32,000 nt of DNA from Nostoc sp. PCC 7120 = FACHB-418. Lineage in GTDB: Bacteria > Cyanobacteriota > Cyanobacteriia > Cyanobacteriales > Nostocaceae. Positions 8,592-17,753 of the stretch are shown here, piece after piece (the first letter of the stretch is position 1; each line of letters opens with the position of its first letter). Below the pieces are notes generated by a model. The model ran no database searches. It was not told the DNA's origin and saw only the letters and a list, made by a program, of their open reading frames with translations. The position numbers were made by a program, and so were the translations under genes. The stretch spans positions 1,590,001-1,622,000 of the forward strand of contig NC_003272.1 in NCBI RefSeq assembly GCF_000009705.1, read 5' to 3'.

Positions 8592-8979
8592 TATGATTTT
8601 TTCTCACTGCTCCTCCACAATTGCTTCACTTGGGCAAAGCCCTTGGCGCAGCCTCTCGTAGAGAAGACTGCATTACTCCTCTACTCTTCCCATTCCCCAC
8701 TCCCTATTTTCCGACATTAATTCTTAATTCATCCCAAAGTTCACTTAAAGGGGATAACTTTTGAGGTACGGTTATCTACTACAGAAATCCCCCCTGGGTT
8801 TGCTGCCCAGCCAAGTCAAGACGCGGTAGATTGAATATGTAGCCCAGGAATACACCGAAGCTATTGCCAATCATAAACATCGCTGATTTAATTACTGGCT
8901 GGCATCACATAAGCACCGTCATGCTTCCACCAAAGATAACAATGAAATAAGTAATATCGTTTTTCAAGCGAATGTGACT

Positions 8980-9957
8980 ATGCCTAAAAAACTACTACAA
9001 ACTATCAAACCTTTCTTAAAAACTGTCTTTACCCTGGGGCTAGTATTGGCTTTGGCGTTGGGACACGCCGATGGCGCATTAGCAGCTCGCAGTGGTGGAC
9101 GAATCGGTGGTGGTTCCTTTAGAGCGCCTTCTAGCCGCACATATTCACCACGTTACGCACCTCCTGGTGGTGGATATGGTTATTCTCCCTACCCAGGTGG
9201 TGGCTTTGGTTTCCCCTTCTTACTGCCTTTGTGGGGTATTGGGGGAGGCTTTGGCGGTTTATTTGGCATATTAGTATTTTTTGCGATCGCTAATTTCCTA
9301 GTACAAACTTTCCGTCGTGTCTCCAGTGGTGAAGTCAGCGAAGATGTTGGCTACAACAGCAACCCCACCGTTACCGTGACTCGTCTGCAAGTTGGCTTGT
9401 TAGCGCAAGCGCGAGATTTGCAACCAGAACTTAACCACATAGCGGAAACGGCTGATACCAATTCCCCTACAGGACGGACAGAAGTACTGCAAGAAGCTAG
9501 CCTAGCTTTGCTACGTCATCCTGAATATTGGGTATATGCAGGCGCTGGTACACAACAGGCGAAGTTAAATTCGGCAGAATCTCAATTTAACCGCCTAGCA
9601 CTAGCAGAACGCAGTAAGTTTAGCGAAGAAACCCTGTCTAACATCAACAACCAGCTAAAAGCAGCAAGAACTAAAGATGCTTTACCTGGCGCTGATGAAA
9701 TCGATAACCCAACCCGTCTAATTACAGAAGGCCCTGGCGAATATATCATCGTCACCTTGTTGGCGGCGACATTGGGTAAGTTTGAACTCCCTGCGGTTAA
9801 TAGTTCTGATGACTTGCGCCAAGCCTTACGGCAAATTGGTAGCATTCCATCTGAACAACTTTTAGCTTTTGAAGTCTTGTGGACACCACAAGCTGAAGGC
9901 GATACTCTCACATCTGATGACTTGTTTGCCGAGTATCCCGATTTGAAACTAGTCTAA
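8980..9957 (+). CDS. glycine-rich membrane protein, DUF1517-like
   Basis: MPKKLLQTIKPF plus a signal/TM segment, then a Gly-rich stretch (SGGRIGGGSFRAP...GGGYGYSPYPGGGFGFPF), a TM helix and a soluble C-terminal domain. This architecture fits the cyanobacterial/plastid DUF1517 family, recalled from memory. The in-frame GTG at 8974 is an alternative start. Confidence 0.7.
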   Translation: MPKKLLQTIKPFLKTVFTLGLVLALALGHADGALAARSGGRIGGGSFRAPSSRTYSPRYAPPGGGYGYSPYPGGGFGFPFLLPLWGIGGGFGGLFGILVFFAIANFLVQTFRRVSSGEVSEDVGYNSNPTVTVTRLQVGLLAQARDLQPELNHIAETADTNSPTGRTEVLQEASLALLRHPEYWVYAGAGTQQAKLNSAESQFNRLALAERSKFSEETLSNINNQLKAARTKDALPGADEIDNPTRLITEGPGEYIIVTLLAATLGKFELPAVNSSDDLRQALRQIGSIPSEQLLAFEVLWTPQAEGDTLTSDDLFAEYPDLKLV

Positions 9958-10015
9958 TTGTAGATGCGAATGGCTGTTGAGATAACGTAAGCAATCTCAA
10001 AAATACTCAAATTGT

Positions 10016-10049
10016 AGGTTGGGGTGCAAAGGTTGTACTCCAACCTTTT
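10016..10049 (+). terminator. hairpin plus TTTT downstream of the DUF1517-like gene
   Basis: AGGTTGG at 10016-10022 pairs with CCAACCT at 10040-10046 across a 17-nt loop, followed by TTT. The sequence also resembles the GTAGGTTGGG dispersed repeat family. Confidence 0.4.
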
Positions 10050-10080
10050 GCTATGGACATAGTTTTAATTACAGTCAAAT

Positions 10081-10453
10081 TATATAGAAATCCGATTTGA
10101 TTATTGACGTTATCTAAGTATCTGTAGGGTGGGCAATGCCCACCATAAAAATAATACGGTGGGCATTGCCCACCCTACTTATATTTCAATACGATTCAGT
10201 TAAGGAAAAAGTTAGTAGCTCGGCAAGCTTAAAATATTGGGTTAATCAGGTGAAAAACCAAACATTAAGTTTGTGACACTTAATAAACTGCATACAATGA
10301 TTTTTTAATACTTAATAATAAGCTATAGGAATACTATTTGATTTGTGAATTATAAGTAGGGTGGGTATTGCCAATCATGTCAGGTTTTTAATGGGCATTG
10401 CCCAGTCTACAGATACTTATGTTTGTTCAATAATCAAATCGGATTACTATATA
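10081..10453. mobile_element. MITE-like nested palindromic element with 47-bp terminal inverted repeats
   Basis: 10081-10127 (tatatagaaatccgatttgattattgacgttatctaagtatctgtag) matches the reverse complement of 10407-10453 with few mismatches. Inside it, a perfect 21-bp-stem hairpin GTAGGGTGGGCAATGCCCACC / GGTGGGCATTGCCCACCCTAC lies at 10124-10178, and a degenerate second copy lies at 10356-10410. No ORF. Confidence 0.5.
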
Positions 10454-10590
10454 AACACTAAAAATTAAAAGTTGTTTATCTTGCCATCCCACACTTATTT
10501 TCTGTAAATAGCGAAAATATATTTGGAACATTTTCCTATACTTTTCGACTAAGAAAGTAACAGGATAAACAGAAAAAGATTTTCAAGATT

Positions 10591-11127
10591 ATGAAAAATA
10601 TATTCAAGTCTTTGGTGACAATCTCTGCATTGTCTTCCCTCATCGTTGCACCTATTTTACTTAACGCTGGTCAAGCATCTGCGGAAACTAAAAAAGGTAC
10701 TGATGCTAGTTATGTGGGCGCTGGTGTAGCAGTAGGTGTTACTGATGGTGGACTCAACAATAATTCAAATAACTTTGGTGGTAATCTCACAGGCCGCCTG
10801 AAATTGGGGAATACACCATTTTCTGCACGGGGTAATGTGATCTGGAACGATCAGACAAGTGCTATCATCCCAGAAGTTTCTGTAGATGTGCCGATTGCAA
10901 ATCGCACTAATGCTTTTGTCACTGGCGGTTATTCTTTTGTAGAAAAGAATGGTTCTGCTACGCCCATAGGCAACAGAGATGCTGTAGTACTTGGTGCTGG
11001 AGTTGAATCAGAGGTTGCTAAGAATTTTTTGATTTACACAAATGCAAAAGTGGGACTGCGTTCTTACCAAAATGATGGAGCTTCTGCTGTCAGTATCAAT
11101 GGTGGTATCGGCTATCGGTTTAAGTAG
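10591..11127 (+). CDS. small outer-membrane beta-barrel protein (178 aa)
   Basis: Signal peptide MKNIFKSLVTISALSSLIVAPILLNAGQASA. Alternating Gly/aromatic beta-strand pattern. C-terminal GIGYRFK with a penultimate aromatic residue, typical of OMPs. Confidence 0.7.
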   Translation: MKNIFKSLVTISALSSLIVAPILLNAGQASAETKKGTDASYVGAGVAVGVTDGGLNNNSNNFGGNLTGRLKLGNTPFSARGNVIWNDQTSAIIPEVSVDVPIANRTNAFVTGGYSFVEKNGSATPIGNRDAVVLGAGVESEVAKNFLIYTNAKVGLRSYQNDGASAVSINGGIGYRFK

Positions 11128-11189
11128 GAGACAAGGGGTAAAAGGGTAAATCAATTCAAAATGAAGAAAGAATAACTCCCCAATCCCCA

Positions 11190-11215
11190 CTCATTACTCA
11201 TTACTCATTACTCAC
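11190..11215. repeat. STRR-type tandem repeat CTCATTA x about 3.7
   Basis: Read directly as ctcatta ctcatta ctcatta ctcac. Confidence 0.85.
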
Positions 11216-11398
11216 AAATCCAAAAAGCTGGTTTAATTAAGTGTAGAATCACTGACTAAGCCGGCTTTTCGCTGTGTTAAAATTGAGGTATTCTTCATAT
11301 TTCCGACCGGATTACCGGGAAACTTTCAGGCGAAAAGCACTGGAGGTTTGCTGCTTCGGCGATTACCGATGCCTTATTGAGAATCCTATAGAACTCTG

Positions 11399-13351
11399 AT
11401 GGTTAAATCTGCTCCTCCTCCAACCACTGGCCGTAAACCTTCTAAAGTCGAAGGGCTTAAAGAAAACAGTAATTTTTTACGTGAACCTGTAGCAACGCAA
11501 ATCCTTGAGGATACTACTCATTTTACTGAAGATGCGGTACAAATCCTGAAGTTTCACGGTTCTTATCAACAAGATAATCGTGACAATCGCACCAAAGGTC
11601 AAGAGAAAGATTACCAGTTTATGCTGCGGACAAAAAATCCGGGTGGCTTGGTTCCGCCGCAGCTTTACTTGGCTTTAGACAAGCTAGCTGATGAATATGG
11701 CAACCATACCTTACGAGCTACCACTCGTCAAGGTTTCCAAATGCACGGGATTTTAAAGAAAAATCTCAAAGCAGCGATCGCTACAATTGTGAGAAACTTA
11801 GGTTCAACTTTGGGTGCTTGTGGCGATATCAACCGCAACGTCATGGCTCCACCAGCCCCCTTCAAAAACCGGGCTGAATACCAGTATGCTTGGGAATATG
11901 CCCAAAATATCGCTGACTTACTCTCACCCCAAACAGGTGCTTATTACGAAATCTGGCTAGATGGAGAAAAAGCCATCAGTGCGGAAGAAAGTCCAGAAGT
12001 AAAAGCAGCTAGACAAAGCAATGGTAACGGGACAATCATTCACGACACCGAAGAACCCCTCTACGGCACTTATTATATGCCGCGTAAGTTTAAGGTGAGT
12101 GTGACTGTTCCAGGGGATAATTCCATTGATTTATATTCCCAAGACCTGACTCTGGTTGTTCTGACTGATAAAAAAGGCAACCTAGAAGGATTTAATATCT
12201 TTGCTGGTGGTGGTTTAGGACGGACACACAACAAGGAAGAAACTTTTGCTCGATTGGCAGACCCCATTGGCTATGTAGCCAAGGAAGATGTGTATAGTGC
12301 CGTCAAAGCTATTGTTGCGACTCAAAGAGATTATGGCGATCGCACTGACCGCCGTCACGCTCGGTTAAAATACTTAATCAATGATTGGGGTGTGGATAAG
12401 TTCCGCGCCAAGGTGGAAGAATATTTTGGTAAACCCATTGCCCCTTTCAAGCAACTACCAGAGTTTAAATATCACGATTTCCTGGGTTGGCATGAACAAG
12501 GCGATGGCAATTTATTTTTAGGCATTTCCATCGATAACGGTCGGGTAAAAGATGAAGGCGCGTTTCAACTGAAAACCGCCTTACGGGAAATCGTCGAGCA
12601 ATTTAACCTACCCATCCGCCTGACACCCAACCAAAACCTGATTTTCTACGAAATCACCCCAGAGAACAAGCCAGCAATTCAAGCCATTCTCGACCGTTGC
12701 AATGTGGTTTCCGACCCCACCACCATTGAGCCTTTAGTCCGTTATGCAATGGCTTGTCCAGCCCTACCTACCTGCGGTTTGGCAATCACAGAATCAGAAA
12801 GAGCCATCCCCGGCATTTTGGAGAGGATTCGTACTCTCTTAGATAAATTGGGTTTACAAAATGAACATTTTGTGGTAAGAATGACAGGCTGCCCCAACGG
12901 TTGCGCCCGTCCTTACATGGCAGAACTAGGCTTTGTTGGTAGCGCGCCGGAAAGTTACCAAGTGTGGTTAGGGGGTTCACCCAATCAAACACGCTTGGCA
13001 CAACCTTATGTAGAGAAACTGCACGATAACGACATAGAAAGCTTCCTAGAACCGATTTTTGTGTATTTCCGCAAATATCGGAAGTCTGGGGAAAGTTTTG
13101 GCGATTTTTGCGATCGCGTCGGCTTTGATGCCATTCGTGAATTTGTTGCCGAGTATCAACCGGAAACAACACCAGTCACCATAGAACCAGAACAGCCTGA
13201 AGTTGTATCTAAGTCACGTAAAGCTCGGTATCGGGTCAGCCTGCACGATGATTTGTATAACAAAGTGAAGGCGACAGCGACAAGTCAAGGCCGGTCGATG
13301 ACTGATTTAGTCAAAGATGCCCTAGAGGCTTACTTCCAAAGCCTTTCTTGA
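11399..13351 (+). CDS. sir: ferredoxin-sulfite reductase with a C-terminal extension of about 60 aa ending in an RHH-like module
   Basis: Siroheme/4Fe-4S motifs [16 protein letters not shown] and [11 protein letters not shown]. The N-terminus [16 protein letters not shown] is typical of Fd-dependent SiR. The tail at residues 610-650 reads [41 protein letters not shown]. Confidence 0.9.
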   Translation: MVKSAPPPTTGRKPSKVEGLKENSNFLREPVATQILEDTTHFTEDAVQILKFHGSYQQDNRDNRTKGQEKDYQFMLRTKNPGGLVPPQLYLALDKLADEYGNHTLRATTRQGFQMHGILKKNLKAAIATIVRNLGSTLGACGDINRNVMAPPAPFKNRAEYQYAWEYAQNIADLLSPQTGAYYEIWLDGEKAISAEESPEVKAARQSNGNGTIIHDTEEPLYGTYYMPRKFKVSVTVPGDNSIDLYSQDLTLVVLTDKKGNLEGFNIFAGGGLGRTHNKEETFARLADPIGYVAKEDVYSAVKAIVATQRDYGDRTDRRHARLKYLINDWGVDKFRAKVEEYFGKPIAPFKQLPEFKYHDFLGWHEQGDGNLFLGISIDNGRVKDEGAFQLKTALREIVEQFNLPIRLTPNQNLIFYEITPENKPAIQAILDRCNVVSDPTTIEPLVRYAMACPALPTCGLAITESERAIPGILERIRTLLDKLGLQNEHFVVRMTGCPNGCARPYMAELGFVGSAPESYQVWLGGSPNQTRLAQPYVEKLHDNDIESFLEPIFVYFRKYRKSGESFGDFCDRVGFDAIREFVAEYQPETTPVTIEPEQPEVVSKSRKARYRVSLHDDLYNKVKATATSQGRSMTDLVKDALEAYFQSLS

Positions 13352-13382
13352 AGAAGGGGTCAAATACAGACCTAACCCCCAG

Positions 13383-13405
13383 CCCCTTCCCTTGTAGGGA
13401 AGGGG
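13383..13405 (+). terminator. perfect 9-bp hairpin downstream of sir
   Basis: CCCCTTCCC-ttgta-GGGAAGGGG lies 32 nt after the sir stop. No strong T-run follows, so it may simply be a dispersed palindromic repeat. Confidence 0.3.
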
Positions 13406-13422
13406 AGTAAGAATAAAATTTC

Positions 13423-14130
13423 ATGAGCCAATTACAACGAATTACGATCGCACCTTCTCAACTCCAACAAGAACAAGTTCTACTGACAACCCAACAAAAA
13501 CATTACTTAAAACGGGTGTTGCGGTTGCGTGAGGGCGATCGCTTTATTGTGATGGATGGACTGGGTAAGTGGTGGTTGGCTAACCTCACGGAGGAACAAG
13601 CCCAGGTATTAGAAGAATTAGCCGTAAAAACAGAATTACCTGTAGCAATTACGCTGATGATTGCTTTGCCTAAGGGTAGTGGATTTGATGAAGTTGTGCG
13701 GAGTTGTACGGAGTTAGGAGTAGCTTGTATAGCTCCAGTGTTGAGCGATCGCACTTTACTAAATCCCAGTACCCAAAAGCTAGAACGTTGGCGACGTATA
13801 GCCAGCGAAGCCGCAGAGCAATCGGAGCGTGCTTTTGTACCGACGATTTTAGAGCCTCTAACTTTTAGTGACGCTGTTAATAATATTACAGCCGTTCATC
13901 GTTATATTTGTGAAGCCCGTGGTGAGTATGTCCATCTGAAAAACGTTCTCACAGACATATCTGGGGGAGTTGTAGTGGCAATTGGCCCAGAGGGAGGATG
14001 GACAGATAGAGAATTAGAGGAAGCTACTACACTTAGGTTTCAACCAGTATCCTTAGGGGGGAGAATCTTACGTGCAGTTACAGCCCCACTTGTAGCATTA
14101 TCCTTAATTAGCGCAGCTTGTGAAGGATGA
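13423..14130 (+). CDS. rsmE: 16S rRNA (uracil1498-N3)-methyltransferase
   Basis: RsmE architecture with a PUA-like N-terminus and the SPOUT motif VVVAIGPEGGWTDRELEEA near the C-terminus. Length is 235 aa. Confidence 0.85.
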   Translation: MSQLQRITIAPSQLQQEQVLLTTQQKHYLKRVLRLREGDRFIVMDGLGKWWLANLTEEQAQVLEELAVKTELPVAITLMIALPKGSGFDEVVRSCTELGVACIAPVLSDRTLLNPSTQKLERWRRIASEAAEQSERAFVPTILEPLTFSDAVNNITAVHRYICEARGEYVHLKNVLTDISGGVVVAIGPEGGWTDRELEEATTLRFQPVSLGGRILRAVTAPLVALSLISAACEG

Positions 14131-14235
14131 ATTTAGATTTTTTAGGTATTGAAATTCTTTTCTCCCCTTACTCCCCCATCTCCCCCTGCTTCCCCAAGTC
14201 TCTTTTTTGGGAAACATATTAATAGCGTGCATTGA

Positions 14236-15324
14236 ATGGATCTTATGATTGAGCAAGTTGCGATCGCCTTTGAACATAAAGACTATCAAACAGCCGCTAA
14301 ATTACTCAAACAGCTGTTAAAAGAGTCGCCGGAAAATCCTTGGGTGCAATTTTATCAAGGGAGATTGTACGAAGTTTCACAAAAGTACCGAGAAGCAGAA
14401 GGAATTTATCGGCAATTATTACGCAGCACACAAAGTAACAAAATTGTCACCCTCGCACGCCAAGGTTTGCAGCGCATACAAGAAATTGAGCAAGAAGAAA
14501 GACAAAGAGCGATCGCTCAAGCCACAGCCGAACCCTGCAATACTGAACAAGGCATACTCATATTAGAACCTCTCAGCAACGAACTAAAAGCCCAAGCAGC
14601 AGTTAAGTTTGCAGAAATCATGCAGCTAGATCCCTACAGTGCTAGGCTAGTGCTGCCTAGTCGTAGTTGGAAGTTTTACCGTATTGGGCGTGTGGGAGAA
14701 CTCAAGTTTTATGGTACACAGCTACAGCAAGCAGGTATTCCTTGCTTTTGGACAGCCATTAGCGCCATTGAACAAATACAAGTTTTTCAAGTCAAAAATT
14801 TTTCAGAATCCCAAGCAAAAGTAACCGTGATTTGCTCCAATCAGACAAATCAAGTTGGTTCACTCACATTTGATTGGTCAGAAGTTTCCGCACGAGTGAT
14901 GGGACTTTTACCAATTTTTGAGGACGTTGTAGACGTTGATGCTAGGGGTAAACTGGAACGCAAAACCCAAACCCAAGACTACATTCAGTTTTGTGATTTA
15001 CATTTACCTAGTAGACGTTGTATTTTGAGACTCCATGATAATGGCTATGAATTTCAACAAGGTGTAAAAGTTTCTTCTACAGCTAGTCAGAACACCATCA
15101 GAATCAATTGGAATAACTTACTAGACTGGATTAGCCTGCACTTAGCAGAAGTCAGGATTTGGTCAGATTTTACACATTTTGCTGAGACAGTACTAGAGCA
15201 AAAAGAAATGCTGGAAAACCTTCAGTCTCATGTTCACCTATATCGTAGGGAAAAGACTAACTGGGACCCAGCATTTCATTTATATAGTGGATTGATATTT
15301 ATTCAAGGAATGCCGAAAACTTAA
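14236..15324 (+). CDS. TPR-containing conserved hypothetical protein (362 aa)
   Basis: N-terminal TPR-like helices (AIAFEHKDYQTAAKLLKQLLKESPENPWVQFYQGRLYEVSQKYREAEGIYRQLL), then a domain of unknown function. Confidence 0.65.
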   Translation: MDLMIEQVAIAFEHKDYQTAAKLLKQLLKESPENPWVQFYQGRLYEVSQKYREAEGIYRQLLRSTQSNKIVTLARQGLQRIQEIEQEERQRAIAQATAEPCNTEQGILILEPLSNELKAQAAVKFAEIMQLDPYSARLVLPSRSWKFYRIGRVGELKFYGTQLQQAGIPCFWTAISAIEQIQVFQVKNFSESQAKVTVICSNQTNQVGSLTFDWSEVSARVMGLLPIFEDVVDVDARGKLERKTQTQDYIQFCDLHLPSRRCILRLHDNGYEFQQGVKVSSTASQNTIRINWNNLLDWISLHLAEVRIWSDFTHFAETVLEQKEMLENLQSHVHLYRREKTNWDPAFHLYSGLIFIQGMPKT

Positions 15325-15770
15325 CCAGGTGTTTTTACTTGGCTTGCCATATCTAAATAAGAACTCATATTCGCACCAGGGCGACGACGACCATTAGCAC
15401 CGGAAGCCGAAGGAGCTAGGTATTTAGGGGCAAATGTGGTTTCAGATGGTTTAGTGGTTTTAGCAACTGGCGCTTTTTCTGGTTCAGCAGGTGCAGGAGC
15501 CTTTTTGCCATTTGTGGATGACTCTACCTTGGCTGTTTTGGCAGGGGTAGGTGCAGGGCTTTTCTCTGTAGCTGGTGGTGCTTCTGCTTTTACCGCAGCT
15601 TTTGTACCATTAGATGCTGCTGGTACGGCTTTTGGGGCTGGTATCGCTGCTTTTTCATCAGTGGTATCTTCTTTGAGTTCTAGGTAATAGCTACCCCCCT
15701 TCTTACCTCCGATCAATCCGGTAAGGAAACTCAAAATCCCAGCGATTATTTTTTTGATAAAACCGAACAT
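15321..15770 (-). CDS. hypothetical protein with a hydrophobic/amphipathic N-terminus and an Ala/Pro/Lys-rich low-complexity body (149 aa)
   Basis: ATG start. MFGFIKKIIAGILSFLTGLIGGKK is followed by an APAPKAVPAAS...KAPAPAEPEKAPVAKTTKP tract. Its stop overlaps the stop of the convergent gene within TTAA at 15321-15324. Confidence 0.55.
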   Translation of the reverse strand: MFGFIKKIIAGILSFLTGLIGGKKGGSYYLELKEDTTDEKAAIPAPKAVPAASNGTKAAVKAEAPPATEKSPAPTPAKTAKVESSTNGKKAPAPAEPEKAPVAKTTKPSETTFAPKYLAPSASGANGRRRPGANMSSYLDMASQVKTPG

Positions 15771-16164
15771 GAGAATGGCTCCTGAAATTTTATATTTTTC
15801 AATTGACCGTAATGTTAAAAATTACGTCGGAATACTATGTTTTTGACTATCAGCTACTTAGTAACAAACCTAGTAGGTTTGGGCTTCATCAACCTTAATA
15901 ATACAGGCTAGGTGTTTTCAGGTCTTATTGGCAAATACTTACAAGCTGTAGATACCAAGAATAATTATTAAATTTTACCCCAACTTAGAGCAAGATTCTG
16001 AAAGCTTGCTTCATAAAAATTAACATTGTTTTCTTCCATAGCTATACATCGATATAAATAATGGTTCTGTTCTAAACCAGTGGGAAGACTGTCATAATCT
16101 TTAGGCAGACAGTATTCAGACTCAGCTAAATTTTCTACAGACTGGAATACAAGCAATTTTGTCA

Positions 16165-16800
16165 ATGGAAACTCAAAATCTGCAACGCAACCCTGTATTG
16201 TTGGTGCATGGTATTACTGATACAGAAACTGTCTTTAATCCAATGGCGGTTTATTTAAGACAACTGGGTTGGACTGTATACACGCTGAATTTAGTACCTA
16301 ACAACGGCGAAGCCCCACTTAATGTATTAGCACAGCAGGTAGCTGATTACGTCTGTGCAACCATTACACCCGAACAACCATTCGATTTAGTCGGCTTCAG
16401 TATGGGGGGGATTGTCAGTCGTTACTATGTGCAGAAATTGGGGGGGATTAGTCGTGTGCAACGCTTTGTGACTATTTCTTCTCCTCATCATGGTACCGTA
16501 GTCGCTTATGCTTCTCAGCATCCTGGCTGTGTGCAGATGCGTCCCAATAGCCTCTTCCTTCAAGATTTGAATCGTGATGTCCAAATGTTAGAGCAGTTAA
16601 ATTTTACTTCTATTTGGACACCCTATGATTTGATGATTATCCCTACCCACAGTTCAAAAATGCCTGTCGGTAAAGAACTAACTATTCCCGTAGCTTTGCA
16701 TTCATGGATGCTAAAAGATTTTAGGAGTATAGAGGCTGTAGCCGCAGCTTTAGCAGAGCCGATTAATTGCGATCGCCCTTTTGAGTATATTCGTAATTAA
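16165..16800 (+). CDS. alpha/beta-fold lipase/esterase (class 2 lipase-like)
   Basis: NPVLLVHGITDT (oxyanion region), nucleophile elbow GFSMGG, and SSPHHGT. ATG at 16165 is preferred over TTG at 16159. Confidence 0.7.
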   Translation: METQNLQRNPVLLVHGITDTETVFNPMAVYLRQLGWTVYTLNLVPNNGEAPLNVLAQQVADYVCATITPEQPFDLVGFSMGGIVSRYYVQKLGGISRVQRFVTISSPHHGTVVAYASQHPGCVQMRPNSLFLQDLNRDVQMLEQLNFTSIWTPYDLMIIPTHSSKMPVGKELTIPVALHSWMLKDFRSIEAVAAALAEPINCDRPFEYIRN

Positions 16801-16828
16801 TCTGGCACTGGAAACGCTAATATCTGAT

Positions 16829-17677
16829 TCAGGACTCAGCACGGCGCACAAAGGGCAGAAGGTCTTCTAGGATTGTTTTATCGTAGTGTTCTTGTGGGTA
16901 GTGACCGACGTTATTGAGTTTGATTAATTCAGCATTGGGTGCAGTCTCGACAAACTTTTGTGCTACTTCTACAGGCAACCAAGGGTCAATCATACCCCAT
17001 TGAACCAGAATTGGTTGTTGCCATTGTTTAAAACCAGACTCAATTTCTGTCATGGCTACTGGGAGTTGCAAGTTGCGAATTGTATTTAAAAGCGCTCGTC
17101 CCACAGCCGAGGTTTTCAAAAATGGTTTACGATAAATATCTAAATCTTTGTCTTCAATACGATAACGGCTACCACCTTCGAGAGTCCGGTCAATTAATAA
17201 TGGGTCTTGAGTCATCATGTCACCAATAAAAGGTAGACCCATTTGTTTAATTTTCCAAGGTAACTTGGCAGCCGTTGAAATTGGTGTATTTAATATAGCT
17301 ATGTTGGCGATTTGTTCGGGATATTTTAAGGCGTATTGTAGACCAACAGACCCTAAGAATCCCTGTACAACAAGAGAAAAACGCTCAATTTCTAAAGCTT
17401 GAATAAATCCCGCTAAGGCTGTGATGTAAGCTTCAGTACTGTAGGCAAATTCGTGTTTCTCAGGCTTGGCAGAAAAGCCAGAACCAATCCAATCTGGGGC
17501 GATCGCTCGCGTTCCTTGAGCCGCCAAAGCTGGTAGAATATTCCGCCAACTGTAACTTTGTGATGGTATGCCGTGCAGTAACAACACCGGTAGTAAGTCA
17601 CTTCTGCCAACTGGTTCAGATTCCCGATAAAACCACTCTAAAGTATTTACTGTTATTTTATGTTCTGTTATTGACAC
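16829..17677 (-). CDS. haloalkane-dehalogenase-family alpha/beta hydrolase with a non-canonical nucleophile elbow
   Basis: LLLHGIPSQSYSWRNILPAL, APDWIGSGFSAKP, DIYRKPFLK and VGHYPQEH align by eye with DhaA/LinB-type HLDs. The elbow reads VVQGFLGS where HLDs have VIHDWGS. GTG start. Confidence 0.8.
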   Translation of the reverse strand: MSITEHKITVNTLEWFYRESEPVGRSDLLPVLLLHGIPSQSYSWRNILPALAAQGTRAIAPDWIGSGFSAKPEKHEFAYSTEAYITALAGFIQALEIERFSLVVQGFLGSVGLQYALKYPEQIANIAILNTPISTAAKLPWKIKQMGLPFIGDMMTQDPLLIDRTLEGGSRYRIEDKDLDIYRKPFLKTSAVGRALLNTIRNLQLPVAMTEIESGFKQWQQPILVQWGMIDPWLPVEVAQKFVETAPNAELIKLNNVGHYPQEHYDKTILEDLLPFVRRAES

Positions 17678-17716
17678 GCGATTTTCCTAAAAGTTTTTCA
17701 AAATATTGGGTCATTA

Positions 17717-17753
17717 GTCAACCGTCAACCGTCAACAGTTCTCCCCAATCCCT
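17717..17753. repeat. STRR-type repeat GTCAACC x3, followed by a CCCCAATCCC unit
   Basis: Read directly as gtcaacc gtcaacc gtcaaca gttct ccccaatccc. It spans the spacer between the hydrolase start and the thiO-like stop. Confidence 0.8.

Noticed and set aside
14104-14289. The 61-aa minus-strand ORF bridging the rsmE 3' end and the start of the TPR gene.
   Set aside because: It overlaps two well-supported plus-strand genes and a C-rich repeat tract, and it has no motif.
15968-16165. The 65-aa minus-strand ORF upstream of the lipase gene.
   Set aside because: It starts at TTG, and that start overlaps the divergent lipase start codon. The only internal Met leaves 23 aa. No recognisable features.
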